Assembly (NCBI GenBank): GCA_964016885.1
Contig: OZ024748.1
Coordinates: 37,200,001 to 37,264,000, forward strand
Length of the DNA: 64,000 nt
Reading direction: 5' to 3'
Source of the DNA: Eledone cirrhosa
Lineage: Eukaryota
The position numbers and the translations under genes are program-made. Every line of letters starts with the position of its first letter. Within the stretch, counting starts at the first letter, position 1. The notes beneath the pieces were generated by a model. The model made no database searches and was not told where the DNA came from. It worked only from the letters and a program-made list of their open reading frames with translations. Below are positions 13,101 through 27,500 of this stretch, in pieces.

Positions 13101-16100
13101 TCAGTGTCAGTGTTAACTACCTCTAGATCTAGTATGACAATGTTAGTGTCAGTGTTAACAATCTCTAGATCTAGTGTGACAATGTTAGTGTCAGTGTTAA
13201 CTACCTCTAGATCTAGTATGACAATGTCAGTGTCAGTGTTAACTACCACTAGATCTAGTATGACAATGTCAGAGTTAACTACCTCTAGATCTAGTATGAC
13301 AATGTCAGTGTCAGTGTTAACTACCTCTAGATATAGTATGACAATGTCAGTGTCAGTGTTAACTACCTCTAGATCTAGTATGACAATGTCAGTGTCAGTG
13401 TTAACTACCACAAGATCTAGTGTGACAATGTTAGTGTCAGTGTTAACTACCTCTAGATATAGTATGACAATGTCAGTGTCAGTGTTTACTACCTCTAGAT
13501 CCAGTATGACAATGTTAGTGTCAGTGTTAACTACCTCTAGATCTAGTGTGACAATGTTAGTGTCAGTGTTAACTACCTCTAGATATAGTATGACAATGTT
13601 AGTGTCAGTGTTAACTACCTCTAGATCTAGTATGACAATGTTAGTGTCAGTGTTAACTACCTCTAGATCTAGTGTGACAATGTCAGTGTCAGTGTTAACT
13701 ACCTCTAGATCTAGTATGACAATGTTAGTGTCAGTGTTAACTACCTCTAGATCTAGTATGACAATGTCAGTGTCAGTGTTAACTACCTCTAGATCTAGTA
13801 TGACAATGTCAGTGTCAGTGTTAACTACCTCTAGATCTAGTATGACAATGTCAGTGTCAGTGTTAACTACCACAAGATCTAGTATGACAATGTCAGTGTC
13901 AGTGTTAACTACCTCTAAATCTGGTATGACAATGTACGTGTCAGTGTTAACTACCACTAGATCTAGTATGACAATGTCAGTGTCAGTGTTAACTACCTCA
14001 AGATCTAGTGTGACAATGTTAGTGTCAGTGTTAACTACCTCTAGATCTAGTATGACAATGTCAGTGTCAGTGTTAACTACCACTAGATCTAGTATGTCAA
14101 TGTCAGAGTTAACTACCTCTAGATCTAGTATGACAATGTCAGTGTCAGTGTTAACTACCTCTAGATCTAGTATGACAATGTCAGTGTCAGTGTTAACTAC
14201 CTCTAGATCTAGTATGACAATGTCAGTGTCAGTGTTAACTACCTCTAGATCTAGTGTGACAATGTCAGTGTCAGTGCTAACTACCTCTAGATCTAGTATG
14301 ACGATGTTAGTGTCAGTGTTAACTATCTCTAGATCTAGTGTGACAATGTTAGTGTCAGTGTTAACTACCTCTAGATATAGTATGACAATGTCAGTGTCAG
14401 TGTTAACTACCTCTAGATCTAGTATGACAATGTCAGTGTCAGTGTTAACTACCACAAGATCTAGTGTGACAATGTTAGTGTCAGTGTTAACTACCTCTAG
14501 ATATAGTATGACAATGTCAATGTCAGTGTTTACTACCTCTAGATCCAGTATGACAATGTTAGTGTCAGTGTTAACTACCTCTAGATCTAGTGTGACAATG
14601 TTAGTGTCAGTGTTAACTACCTCTAGATATAGTATGACAATGTTAGTGTCAGTGTTAACTACCTCTAGATCTAGTATGACAATGTTAGTGTCAGTGTTAA
14701 CTACCTCTAGATCTAGTGTGACAATGTCAGTGTCAGTGTTAACTACCTCTAGATCTAGTATGACAATGTTAGTGTCAGTGTTAACTATCTCTAGATCTAG
14801 TGTGACAATGTTAGTGTCAGTGTTAACTACCTCTAGATATAGTATGACAATGTCAGTGTCAGTGTTAACTACCTCTAGATCTAGTATGACAATGTCAGTG
14901 TCAGTGTTAACTACCTCTAGATCTAGTATGACAATGTCAGTGTCAGTGTTAACTACCTCTAGATCTAGTATGACAATGTCAGTGTCAGTGTTAACTACCA
15001 CAAGATCTAGTATGACAATGTCAGTGTCAGTCTTAACTACCTCTAAATCTGGTATGACAATGTCCGTGTCAGTGTTAACTACCACTAGATCTAGTATGAC
15101 AATGTCAGTGTCAGTGTTAACTACCTCAAGATCTAGTGTGACAATGTTAGTGTCAGTGTTAACTACCTCTAGATCTAGTATGACAATGTCAGTGTCAGTG
15201 TTAACTACCACTAGATCTAGTATGACAATGTCAGAGTTAACTACCTCTAGATCTAGTATGACAATGTCAGTGTCAGTGTTAACTACCTCTAGATCTAGTA
15301 TGACAATGTTAGTGTCAGTGTTAACTATCTCTAGATCTAGTGTGACAATGTCAGTGTCAGTGTTAACTACCTCTAGATCTAGTATGACAATGTCAGTGTC
15401 AGTGTTAACTACCACAATATCTAGTGTGACAATGTTAGTGTCAGTGTTAACTACCTCTAGATATAGTATGACAATGTCAGTGTCAGTGTTTACTACCTCT
15501 AGATCTAGTATGACAATGTTAGTGTCAGTGTTAACTACCTCTAGATCTAGTGTGACAATGTTAGTGTCAGTGTTAACTACCTCTAGATATAGTATGACAA
15601 TGTTAGTGTCAGTGTTAACTACCTCTAGATCTAGTATGACAATGTTAGTGTCAGTGTTAACTACCTCTAGATCTAGTGTGACGATGTTAGTGTCAGTGTT
15701 AACTACCTCCAAATGGAGTATGACAATGTCAGTGTCAGTGTTAACTACCTCTAGATCTAGTATGACAATGTCAGTGTCATGGTTAACTACCTCTAGATCT
15801 AGTGTGACAATGTTAGTGTCAGTGTTAACTACCACAAGATCTAGTATGACAATGTCAGTGTCAGTGTTAACTACCTCTAGATCTAGTATGACAATGTTAG
15901 TGTCAGTGTTAACTACCACTAGATCTAGTATGACAATGTCAGTGTCAGGGTTAACTACCTCAAGATCTAGTGTGACAATGTTAGTGTCAGTGTTAACTAC
16001 CTCTAGATCTAGTATGACAATGTTAGTGTCTGTGTTACCTACCACTAGATCTAGTATGACAATGTCAGTGGCAGGGTTAACTACCTCAAGATCTAGTGTG

Positions 16101-16602
16101 ACAATGTCAGTGTCAGTGTTAACTACCTCTAGATCTAGTATGACAATGTCAGTGTCAGTGTTAACTACCTCTAGATCTAGTATGACAATGTTAGTGTCAG
16201 TGTTAACTACCTCTAGATCTAGTATGACAATGTTAGTGTCAGTGTTAACTACCTCTAGATCTAGTGTGACAATGTTAGTGTCAGTGTTAACTACCTCAAG
16301 ATCTAGTGTGACAATGTTAGTGTCATTGTTAACTACCTCTAGTTATAGTATGACAATGTTAGTGTCAGTGTTAACTACCTGTAGATCTAGTATGACAATA
16401 TCAGTGTCAGTGTTAACTACCTCTAGATCTAGTATGACAATGTTAGTGTCAGTGTTATCTACCTCTAGATCTAGTATGACAATGTCAGTGTCAGTGTTAA
16501 CTACCTCTAGATCTAGTGAGACGATGTTAGTGTCAGTGTTAACTACCTCTAGATCTAGTATGACAATGTCAGTGTCAGTGTTAAACTACCTCTAGATCTA
16601 GT
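4186..16602. repeat. Run of related variable-length HOR units (2,215 bp; 3,139 bp; then 7,063 bp made of two fused units)
   Basis: Units start at 4186, 6401 and 9540, each after a +A monomer. A further unit starts at about 12678 without the +A monomer. All open with the ACAAGA / TCTAAATCTGGT / GTCCGTG / 36-bp-monomer block. Confidence 0.8.
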
Positions 16603-18529
16603 ATGACAATGTCAGTGTCAGTGTTAACTACCACAAGATCTAGTATGACAATGTCAGTGTCAGTGTTAACTACCTCTAAATCTGGTATGACAATGTGCGT
16701 GTCAGTGTTAACTACCACTAGATCTAGTATGACAATGTCAGTGTCAGTGTTAACTACCTCAAGATCTAGTGTGACAATGTTAGTGTCAGTGTTAACTACC
16801 TCTAGATCTAGTATGACAATGTCAGTGTCAGTGTTAACTACCACTAGATCTAGTATGACAATGTCAGAGTTAACTACCTCTAGATCTAGTATGACAATGT
16901 CAGTGTCAGTGTTAACTACCTCTAGATCTAGTATGACAATATCAGTGTCAGTGTTAACTACCTCTAGATCTAGTATGACAATGTCAGTGTCAGTGTTAAC
17001 TACCTCTAGATCTAGTGTGACAATGTCAGTGTCAGTGTTAACTACCTCTAGATCTAGTATGACAATGTTAGTGTCAGTGTTAACTATCTCTAGATCTAGT
17101 GTGACAATGTTAGTGTCAGTGTTAACTACCTCTAGATATAGTATGACAATGTCAGTGTCAGTGTTAACTACCTCTAGATCTAGTATGACAATGTCAGTGT
17201 CAGTGTTAACTACCACAAGATCTAGTGTGACAATGTTAGTGTCAGTGTTAACTACCTCTAGATATAGTATGACAATGTCAGTGTCAGTGTTTACTACCTC
17301 TAGATCCAGTATGACAATGTTAGTGTCAGTGTTAACTACCACAAGATCTAGTGTGACAATGTTAGTGTCAGTGTTAACTACCTCTAGATATAGTATGACA
17401 ATGTCAGTGTCAGTGTTTACTACCTCTAGATCTAGTATGACAATGTTAGTGTCAGTGTTAACTACCTCTAGATCTAGTGTGACAATGTTAGTGTCAGTGT
17501 TAACTACCTCTAGATATAGTATGACAATGTTAGTGTCAGTGTTAACTACCTCTAGATCTAGTATGACAATGTTAGTGTCAGTGTTAACTACCTCTAGATC
17601 TAGTGTGACAATGTTAGTGTCAGTGTTAACTACCTCCAAATAGAGTATGACAATGTCAGTGTCAGTGTTAACTACCTCTAGATCTAGTATGACAATGTCA
17701 GTGTCATGGTTAACTACCTCTAGATCTAGTGTGACAATGTTAGTGTCAGTGTTAACTACCACTAGATCTAGTATGACAATGTCAGTGTCAGTGTTAACTA
17801 CCTCTAGATCTAGTATGACAATGTTAGTGTCAGTGTTAACTACCACTAGATCTAGTATGACAATGTCAGTGTCAGGGTTAACTACCTCAAGATCTAGTGT
17901 GACAATGTTAGTGTCAGTGTTAACTACCTCTAGATCTAGTATGATAATGTTAGTGTCAGTGTTAACTACCACTAGATCTAGTATGACAATGTCAGTGGCA
18001 GGGTTAACTACCTCAAGATCTAGTGTGACAATGTCAGTGTCAGTGTTAACTACCTCTAGATCTAGTATGACAATGTCAGTGTCAGTGTTAACTACCTCTA
18101 GATCTAGTATGACAATGTTAGTGTCAGTGTTAACTACCTCTAGATCTAGTATGACAATGTTAGTGTCAGTGTTAACTACCTCTAGATCTAGTGTGACAAT
18201 GTTAGTGTCAGTGTTAACTACCTCAAGATCTAGTGTGACAATGTTAGTGTCATTGTTAACTACCTCTAGTTATAGTATGACAATGTTAGTGTCAGTGTTA
18301 ACTACCTGTAGATCTAGTATGACAATATCAGTGTCAGTGTTAACTACCTCTAGATCTAGTATGACAATGTTAGTGTCAGTGTAATCTACCTCTAGATCTA
18401 GTATGACAATGTCAGTGTCAGTGTTAACTACCTCTAGATCTAGTGAGACGATGTTAGTGTCAGTGTTAACTACCTCTAGATCTAGTATGACAATGTCAGT
18501 GTCAGTGTTAAACTACCTCTAGATCTAGT
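16603..18529. repeat. 1,927-bp HOR unit, copy 2 (offset 15,941 from 662..2588)
   Basis: Same length and variant order as 662..2588, with only scattered single-base differences (e.g. GTGCGT at about 16696, GTGTAATC at about 18383). Confidence 0.9.
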
Positions 18530-21500
18530 ATGACAATGTCAGTGTCAGTGTTAACTACCACAAGATCTAGTATGACAATGTCAGTGTCAGTGTTAACTAC
18601 CTCTAAATCTGGTATGACAATGTCCGTGTCAGTGTTAACTACCACTAGATCTAGTATGACAATGTCAGTGTCAGTGTTAACTACCTCAAGATCTAGTGTG
18701 ACAATGTTAGTGTCAGTGTTAACTACCTCTAGATCTAGTATGACAATGTCAGTGTCAGTGTTAACTACCACTAGATCTAGTATGACAATGTCAGAGTTAA
18801 CTACCTCTAGATCTAGTATGACAATGTCAGTGTCAGTGTTAACTACCTCTAGATCTAGTATGACAATGTCAGTGTCAGTGTTAACTACCTCTAGATCTAG
18901 TATGACAATGTCAGTGTCAGTGTTAACTACCTCTAGATCTAGTGTGACAATGTCAGTGTCAGTGTTAACTACCTCTAGATCTAGTATGACAATGTTAGTG
19001 TCAGTGTTAACTATCTCTAGATCTAGTGTGACAATGTTAGTGTCAGTGTTAACTACCTCTAGATATAGTATGACAATGTCAGTGTCAGTGTTAACTACCT
19101 CTAGATCTAGTATGACAATGTCAGTGTCAGTGTTAACTACCACAAGATCTAGTGTGACAATGTTAGTGTCAGTGTTAACTACCTCTAGATATAGTATGAC
19201 AATGTCAGTGTCAGTGTTTACTACCTCTAGATCCAGTATGACAATGTTAGTGTCAGTGTTAACTACCTCTAGATCTAGTGTGACAATGTTAGTGTCAGTG
19301 TTAACTACCTCTAGATATAGTATGACAATGTTAGTGTCAGTGTTAACTACCTCTAGATCTAGTATGACAATGTTAGTGTCAGTGTTAACTACCTCTAGAT
19401 CTAGTGTGACAATGTCAGTGTCAGTGTTAACTACCTCTAGATCTAGTATGACAATGTTAGTGTCAGTGTTAACTATCTCTAGATCTAGTGTGACAATGTT
19501 AGTGTCAGTGTTAACTACCTCTAGATATAGTATGACAATGTCAGTGTCAGTGTTAACTACCTCTAGATCTAGTATGACAATGTCAGTGTCAGTGTTAACT
19601 ACCTCTAGATCTAGTATGACAATGTCAGTGTCAGTGTTAACTACCTCTAGATCTAGTATGACAATGTCAGTGTCAGTGTTAACTACCACAAGATCTAGTA
19701 TGACAATGTCAGTGTCAGTGTTAACTACCTCTAAATCTGGTATGACAATGTACGTGTCAGTGTTAACTACCACTAGATCTAGTATGACAATGTCAGTGTC
19801 AGTGTTAACTACCTCAAGATCTAGTGTGACAATGTTAGTGTCAGTGTTAACTACCTCTAGATCTAGTATGACAATGTCAGTGTCAGTGTTAACTACCACT
19901 AGATCTAGTATGTCAATGTCAGAGTTAACTACCTCTAGATCTAGTATGACAATGTCAGTGTCAGTGTTAACTACCTCTAGATCTAGTATGACAATGTCAG
20001 TGTCAGTGTTAACTACCTCTAGATCTAGTATGACAATGTCAGTGTCAGTGTTAACTACCTCTAGATCTAGTGTGACAATGTCAGTGTCAGTGTTAACTAC
20101 CTCTAGATCTAGTATGACAATGTTAGTGTCAGTGTTAACTATCTCTAGATCTAGTGTGACAATGTTAGTGTCAGTGTTAACTACCTCTAGATATAGTATG
20201 ACAATGTCAGTGTCAGTGTTAACTACCTCTAGATCTAGTATGACAATGTCAGTGTCAGTGTTAACTACCACAATATCTAGTGTGACAATGTTAGTGTCAG
20301 TGTTAACTACCTCTAGATATAGTATGACAATGTCAGTGTCAGTGTTTACTACCTCTAGATCTAGTATGACAATGTTAGTGTCAGTGTTAACTACCTCTAG
20401 ATCTAGTGTGACAATGTTAGTGTCAGTGTTAACTACCTCTAGATATAGTATGACAATGTCAGTGTCAGTGTTAACTACCTCTAGATCTAGTATGACAATG
20501 TCAGTGTCAGTGTTAACTACCACAATATCTAGTGTGACAATGTTAGTGTCAGTGTTAACTACCTCTAGATATAGTATGACAATGTCAGTGTCAGTGTTTA
20601 CTACCTCTAGATCTAGTATGACAATGTTAGTGTCAGTGTTAACTACCTCTAGATCTAGTATGATAATGTTAGTGTCAGTGTTAACTACCACTAGATCTAG
20701 TATGACAATGTCAGTGGCAGGGTTAACTACCTCAAGATCTAGTGTGACAATGTCAGTGTCAGTGTTAACTACCTCTAGATCTAGTATGACAATGTCAGTG
20801 TCAGTGTTAACTACCTCTAGATCTAGTATGACAATGTTAGTGTCAGTGTTAACTACCTCTAGATCTAGTATGACAATGTTAGTGTCAGTGTTAACTACCT
20901 CTAGATCTAGTGTGACAATGTTAGTGTCAGTGTTAACTACCTCAAGATCTAGTGTGACAATGTTAGTGTCATTGTTAACTACCTCTAGTTATAGTATGAC
21001 AATGTTAGTGTCAGTGTTAACTACCTGTAGATCTAGTATGACAATATCAGTGTCAGTGTTAACTATCTCTAGATCTAGTATGACAATGTTAGTGTCAGTG
21101 TTATCTACCTCTAGATCTAGTATGACAATGTCAGTGTCAGTGTTAACTACCTCTAGATCTAGTATGACAATGTTAGTGTCAGTGTTAACTATCTCTAGAT
21201 CTAGTGTGACAATGTTAGTGTCAGTGTTAACTACCACAATATCTAGTGTGACAATGTTAGTGTCAGTGTTAACTACCTCTAGATATAGTATGACAATGTC
21301 AGTGTCAGTGTTTACTACCTCTAGATCTAGTATGACAATGTTAGTGTCAGTGTTAACTACCTCTAGATCTAGTGTGACAATGTTAGTGTCAGTGTTAACT
21401 ACCTCTAGATCTAGTATGACAATGTCAGTGTCAGTGTTAACTACCTCTAGATCTAGTATGACAATGTCAGTGTCATGGTTAACTACCTCTAGATCTAGTG

Positions 21501-24500
21501 TGACAATGTTAGTGTCAGTGTTAACTACCACTAGATCTAGTATGACAATGTCAGTGTCAGTGTTAACTACCTCTAGATCTAGTATGACAATGTTAGTGTC
21601 AGTGTTAACTACCACTAGATCTAGTATGACAATGTCAGTGTCAGGGTTAACTACCTCAAGATCTAGTGTGACAATGTTAGTGTCAGTGTTAACTACCTCT
21701 AGATCTAGTATGACAATGTTAGTGTCAGTGTTAACTACCACTAGATCTAGTATGACAATGTCAGTGGCAGGGTTAACTACCTCACGATCTAGTGTGACAA
21801 TGTCAGTGTCAGTGTTAACTACCTCTAGATCTAGTATGACAATGTCAGTGTCAGTGTTAACTACCTCTAGATCTAGTATGACAATGTTAGTGTCAGTGTT
21901 AACTACCTCTAGATCTAGTATGACAATGTTAGTGTCAGTGTTAACTACCTCTAGATCTAGTGTGACAATGTTAGTGTCAGTGTTAACTACCTCAAGATCT
22001 ATTGTGACAATGTTAGTGTCATTGTTAACTACCTCTAGTTATAGTATGACAATGTTAGTGTCAGTGTTAACTACCTGTAGATCTAGTATGACAATATCAG
22101 TGTCAGTGTTAACTACCTCTTTGATCTAGTATGACAATGTTAGTGTCAGTGTTATCTACCTCTAGATCTAGTATGACAATGTCAGTGTCAGTGTTAACTA
22201 CCTCTAGATCTAGTGAGACGATGTTAGTGTCAGTGTTAACTACCTCTAGATCTAGTATGACAATGTCAGTGTCAGTGTTAAACTACCTCTAGATCTAGTA
22301 TGACAATGTCAGTGTCAGTGTTAACTACCACAAGATCTAGTATGACAATGTCAGTGTCAGTGTTAACTACCTCTAAATCCGGTATGACAATGTCCGTGTC
22401 AGTGTTAACTACCACTAGATCTAGTATGACAATGTCAGTGTCAGTGTTAACTACCTCAAGATCTAGTGTGACAATGTTAGTGTCAGTGTTAACTACCTCT
22501 AGATCTAGTATGACAATGTCAGTGTCAGTGTTAACTACCACTAGATCTAGTATGACAATGTCAGAGTTAACTACCTCTAGATCTAGTATGACAATGTCAG
22601 TGTCAGTGTTAACTACCTCTAGATCTAGTATGACAATGTCAGTGTCAGTGTTAACTACCTCTAGATCTAGTATGACAATGTCAGTGTCAGTGTTAACTAC
22701 CTCTAGATCTAGTATGACAATGTCAGTGTCAGTGTTAACTACCACAAGATCTAGTGTGACAATGTTAGTGTCAGTGTTAACTACCTCTAGATATAGTATG
22801 ACAATGTCAGTGTCAGTGTTTACTACCTCTAGATCCAGTATGACAATGTTAGTGTCAGTGTTAACTACCTCTAGATCTAGTGTGACAATGTTAGTGTCAG
22901 TGTTAACTACCTCTAGATATAGTATGACAATGTTAGTGTCAGTGTTAACTACCTCTAGATCTAGTATGACAATGTTAGTGTCAGTGTTAACTACCTCTAG
23001 ATCTAGTGTGACAATGTCAGTGTCAGTGTTAACTACCTCTAGATCTAGTATGACAATGTTAGTGTCAGTGTTAACTATCTCTAGATCTAGTGTGACAATG
23101 TTAGTGTCAGTGTTAACTACCTCTAGATATAGTATGACAATGTCAGTGTCAGTGTTAACTACCTCTAGATCTAGTATGACAATGTCAGTGTCAGTGTTAA
23201 CTACCTCTAGATCTAGTATGACAATGTCAGTGTCAGTGTTAACTACCTCTAGATCTAGTATGACAATGTCAGTGTCAGTGTTAACTACCACAAGATCTAG
23301 TATGACAATGTCAGTGTCAGTGTTAACTACCTCTAAATCTGGTATGACAATGTACGTGTCAGTGTTAACTACCACTAGATCTAGTATGACAATGTCAGTG
23401 TCAGTGTTAACTACCTCAAGATCTAGTGTGACAATGTTAGTGTCAGTGTTAACTACCTCTAGATCTAGTATGACAATGTCAGTGTCAGTGTTAACTACCA
23501 CTAGATCTAGTATGTCAATGTCAGAGTTAACTACCTCTAGATCTAGTATGACAATGTCAGTGTCAGTGTTAACTACCTCTAGATCTAGTATGACAATGTC
23601 AGTGTCAGTGTTAACTACCTCTAGATCTAGTATGACAATGTCAGTGTCAGTGTTAACTACCTCTAGATCTAGTGTGACAATGTCAGTGTCAGTGTTAACT
23701 ACCTCTAGATCTAGTATGACAATGTTAGTGTCAGTGTTAACTATCTCTAGATCTAGTGTGACAATGTTAGTGTCAGTGTTAACTACCTCTAGATATAGTA
23801 TGACAATGTCAGTGTCAGTGTTAACTACCTCTAGATCTAGTATGACAATGTCAGTGTCAGTGTTAACTACCACAATATCTAGTGTGACAATGTTAGTGTC
23901 AGTGTTAACTACCTCTAGATATAGTATGACAATGTCAGTGTCAGTGTTTACTACCTCTAGATCTAGTATGACAATGTTAGTGTCAGTGTTAACTACCTCT
24001 AGATCTAGTGTGACAATGTTAGTGTCAGTGTTAACTACCTCTAGATATAGTATGACAATGTCAGTGTCAGTGTTAACTACCTCTAGATCTAGTATGACAA
24101 TGTCAGTGTCAGTGTTAACTACCACAATATCTAGTGTGACAATGTTAGTGTCAGTGTTAACTACCTCTAGATATAGTATGACAATGTCAGTGTCAGTGTT
24201 TACTACCTCTAGATCTAGTATGACAATGTTAGTGTCAGTGTTAACTACCTCTAGATCTAGTATGATAATGTTAGTGTCAGTGTTAACTACCACTAGATCT
24301 AGTATGACAATGTCAGTGGCAGGGTTAACTACCTCAAGATCTAGTGTGACAATGTCAGTGTCAGTGTTAACTACCTCTAGATCTAGTATGACAATGTCAG
24401 TGTCAGTGTTAACTACCTCTAGATCTAGTATGACAATGTTAGTGTCAGTGTTAACTACCTCTAGATCTAGTATGACAATGTTAGTGTCAGTGTTAACTAC

Positions 24501-27500
24501 CTCTAGATCTAGTGTGACAATGTTAGTGTCAGTGTTAACTACCTCAAGATCTAGTGTGACAATGTTAGTGTCATTGTTAACTACCTCTAGTTATAGTATG
24601 ACAATGTTAGTGTCAGTGTTAACTACCTGTAGATCTAGTATGACAATATCAGTGTCAGTGTTAACTATCTCTAGATCTAGTATGACAATGTTAGTGTCAG
24701 TGTTATCTACCTCTAGATCTAGTATGACAATGTCAGTGTCAGTGTTAACTACCTCTAGATCTAGTATGACAATGTTAGTGTCAGTGTTAACTATCTCTAG
24801 ATCTAGTGTGACAATGTTAGTGTCAGTGTTAACTACCACAATATCTAGTGTGACAATGTTAGTGTCAGTGTTAACTACCTCTAGATATAGTATGACAATG
24901 TCAGTGTCAGTGTTTACTACCTCTAGATCTAGTATGACAATGTTAGTGTCAGTGTTAACTACCTCTAGATCTAGTGTGACAATGTTAGTGTCAGTGTTAA
25001 CTACCTCTAGATCTAGTATGACAATGTCAGTGTCAGTGTTAACTACCTCTAGATCTAGTATGACAATGTCAGTGTCATGGTTAACTACCTCTAGATCTAG
25101 TGTGACAATGTTAGTGTCAGTGTTAACTACCACTAGATCTAGTATGACAATGTCAGTGTCAGTGTTAACTACCTCTAGATCTAGTATGACAATGTTAGTG
25201 TCAGTGTTAACTACCACTAGATCTAGTATGACAATGTCAGTGTCAGGGTTAACTACCTCAAGATCTAGTGTGACAATGTTAGTGTCAGTGTTAACTACCT
25301 CTAGATCTAGTATGACAATGTTAGTGTCAGTGTTAACTACCACTAGATCTAGTATGACAATGTCAGTGGCAGGGTTAACTACCTCACGATCTAGTGTGAC
25401 AATGTCAGTGTCAGTGTTAACTACCTCTAGATCTAGTATGACAATGTCAGTGTCAGTGTTAACTACCTCTAGATCTAGTATGACAATGTTAGTGTCAGTG
25501 TTAACTACCTCTAGATCTAGTATGACAATGTTAGTGTCAGTGTTAACTACCTCTAGATCTAGTGTGACAATGTTAGTGTCAGTGTTAACTACCTCAAGAT
25601 CTATTGTGACAATGTTAGTGTCATTGTTAACTACCTCTAGTTATAGTATGACAATGTTAGTGTCAGTGTTAACTACCTGTAGATCTAGTATGACAATATC
25701 AGTGTCAGTGTTAACTACCTCTTTGATCTAGTATGACAATGTTAGTGTCAGTGTTATCTACCTCTAGATCTAGTATGACAATGTCAGTGTCAGTGTTAAC
25801 TACCTCTAGATCTAGTGAGACGATGTTAGTGTCAGTGTTAACTACCTCTAGATCTAGTATGACAATGTCAGTGTCAGTGTTAAACTACCTCTAGATCTAG
25901 TATGACAATGTCAGTGTCAGTGTTAACTACCACAAGATCTAGTATGACAATGTCAGTGTCAGTGTTAACTACCTCTAAATCCGGTATGACAATGTCCGTG
26001 TCAGTGTTAACTACCACTAGATCTAGTATGACAATGTCAGTGTCAGTGTTAACTACCTCAAGATCTAGTGTGACAATGTTAGTGTCAGTGTTAACTACCT
26101 CTAGATCTAGTATGACAATGTCAGTGTCAGTGTTAACTACCACTAGATCTAGTATGACAATGTCAGAGTTAACTACCTCTAGATCTAGTATGACAATGTC
26201 AGTGTCAGTGTTAACTACCTCTAGATCTAGTATGACAATGTCAGTGTCAGTGTTAACTACCTCTAGATCTAGTATGACAATGTCAGTGTCAGTGTTAACT
26301 ACCTCTAGATCTAGTGTGACAATGTCAGTGTCAGTGTTAACTACCTCTAGATCTAGTATGACAATGTTAGTGTCAGTGTTAACTATCTCTAGATCTAGTG
26401 TGACAATGTTAGTGTCAGTGTTAACTACCTCTAGATATAGTATGACAATGTCAGTGTCAGTGTTAACTACATCTAGATCTAGTATGACAATGTCAGTGTC
26501 AGTGTTAACTACCACAAGATCTAGTGTGACAATGTTAGTGTCAGTGTTAACTACCTCTAGATATAGTATGACAATGTCAGTGTCAGTGTTTACTACCTCT
26601 AGATCCAGTATGACAATGTTAGTGTCAGTGTTAACTACCTCTAGATCTAGTGTGACAATGTTAGTGTCAGTGTTAACTACCTCTAGATATAGTATGACAA
26701 TGTTAGTGTCAGTGCTAACTACCTCTAGATATAGTATGACAATGTCAGTGTCAGTGTTTACTACCTCTAGATCTAGTATGACAATGTTAGTGTCAGTGTT
26801 AACTACCTCTAGATCTAGTATGACAATGTTAGTGTCAGTGTTAACTATCTCTAGATCTAGTGTGACAATGTTAGTGTCAGTGTTAACTACCTCTAGATAT
26901 AGTATGACAATGTCAGTGTCAGTGTTAACTACCTCTAGATCTAGTATGACAATGTCAGTGTCAGTGTTAACTACCTCTAGATCTAGTATGACAATGTCAG
27001 TGTCAGTGTTAACTACCTCTAGATCTAGTATGACAATGTCAGTGTCAGTGTTAACTACCACAAGATCTAGTATGACAATGTCAGTGTCAGTGTTAACTAC
27101 CTCTAAATCTGGTATGACAATGTACGTGTCAGTGTTAACTACCACTAGATCTAGTATGACAATGTCAGTGTCAGTGTTAACTACCTCTAGATCTAGTATG
27201 ACAATGTCAGTGTCAGTGTTAACTACCACTAGATCTCGTATGTCAATGTCAGAGTTAACTACCTCTAGATCTAGTATGACAATGTCAGTGTCAGTGTTAA
27301 CTACCTCTAGATCTAGTATGACAATGTCAGTGTCAGTGTTAACTACCTCTAGATCTAGTATGACAATGTCAGTGTCAGTGTTAACTACCTCTAGATCTAG
27401 TGTGACAATGTCAGTGTCAGTGTTAACTACCTCTAGATCTAGTATGACAATGTCAGTGTCAGTGTTAACTACCACTAGATCTAGTATGTCAATGTCAGAG

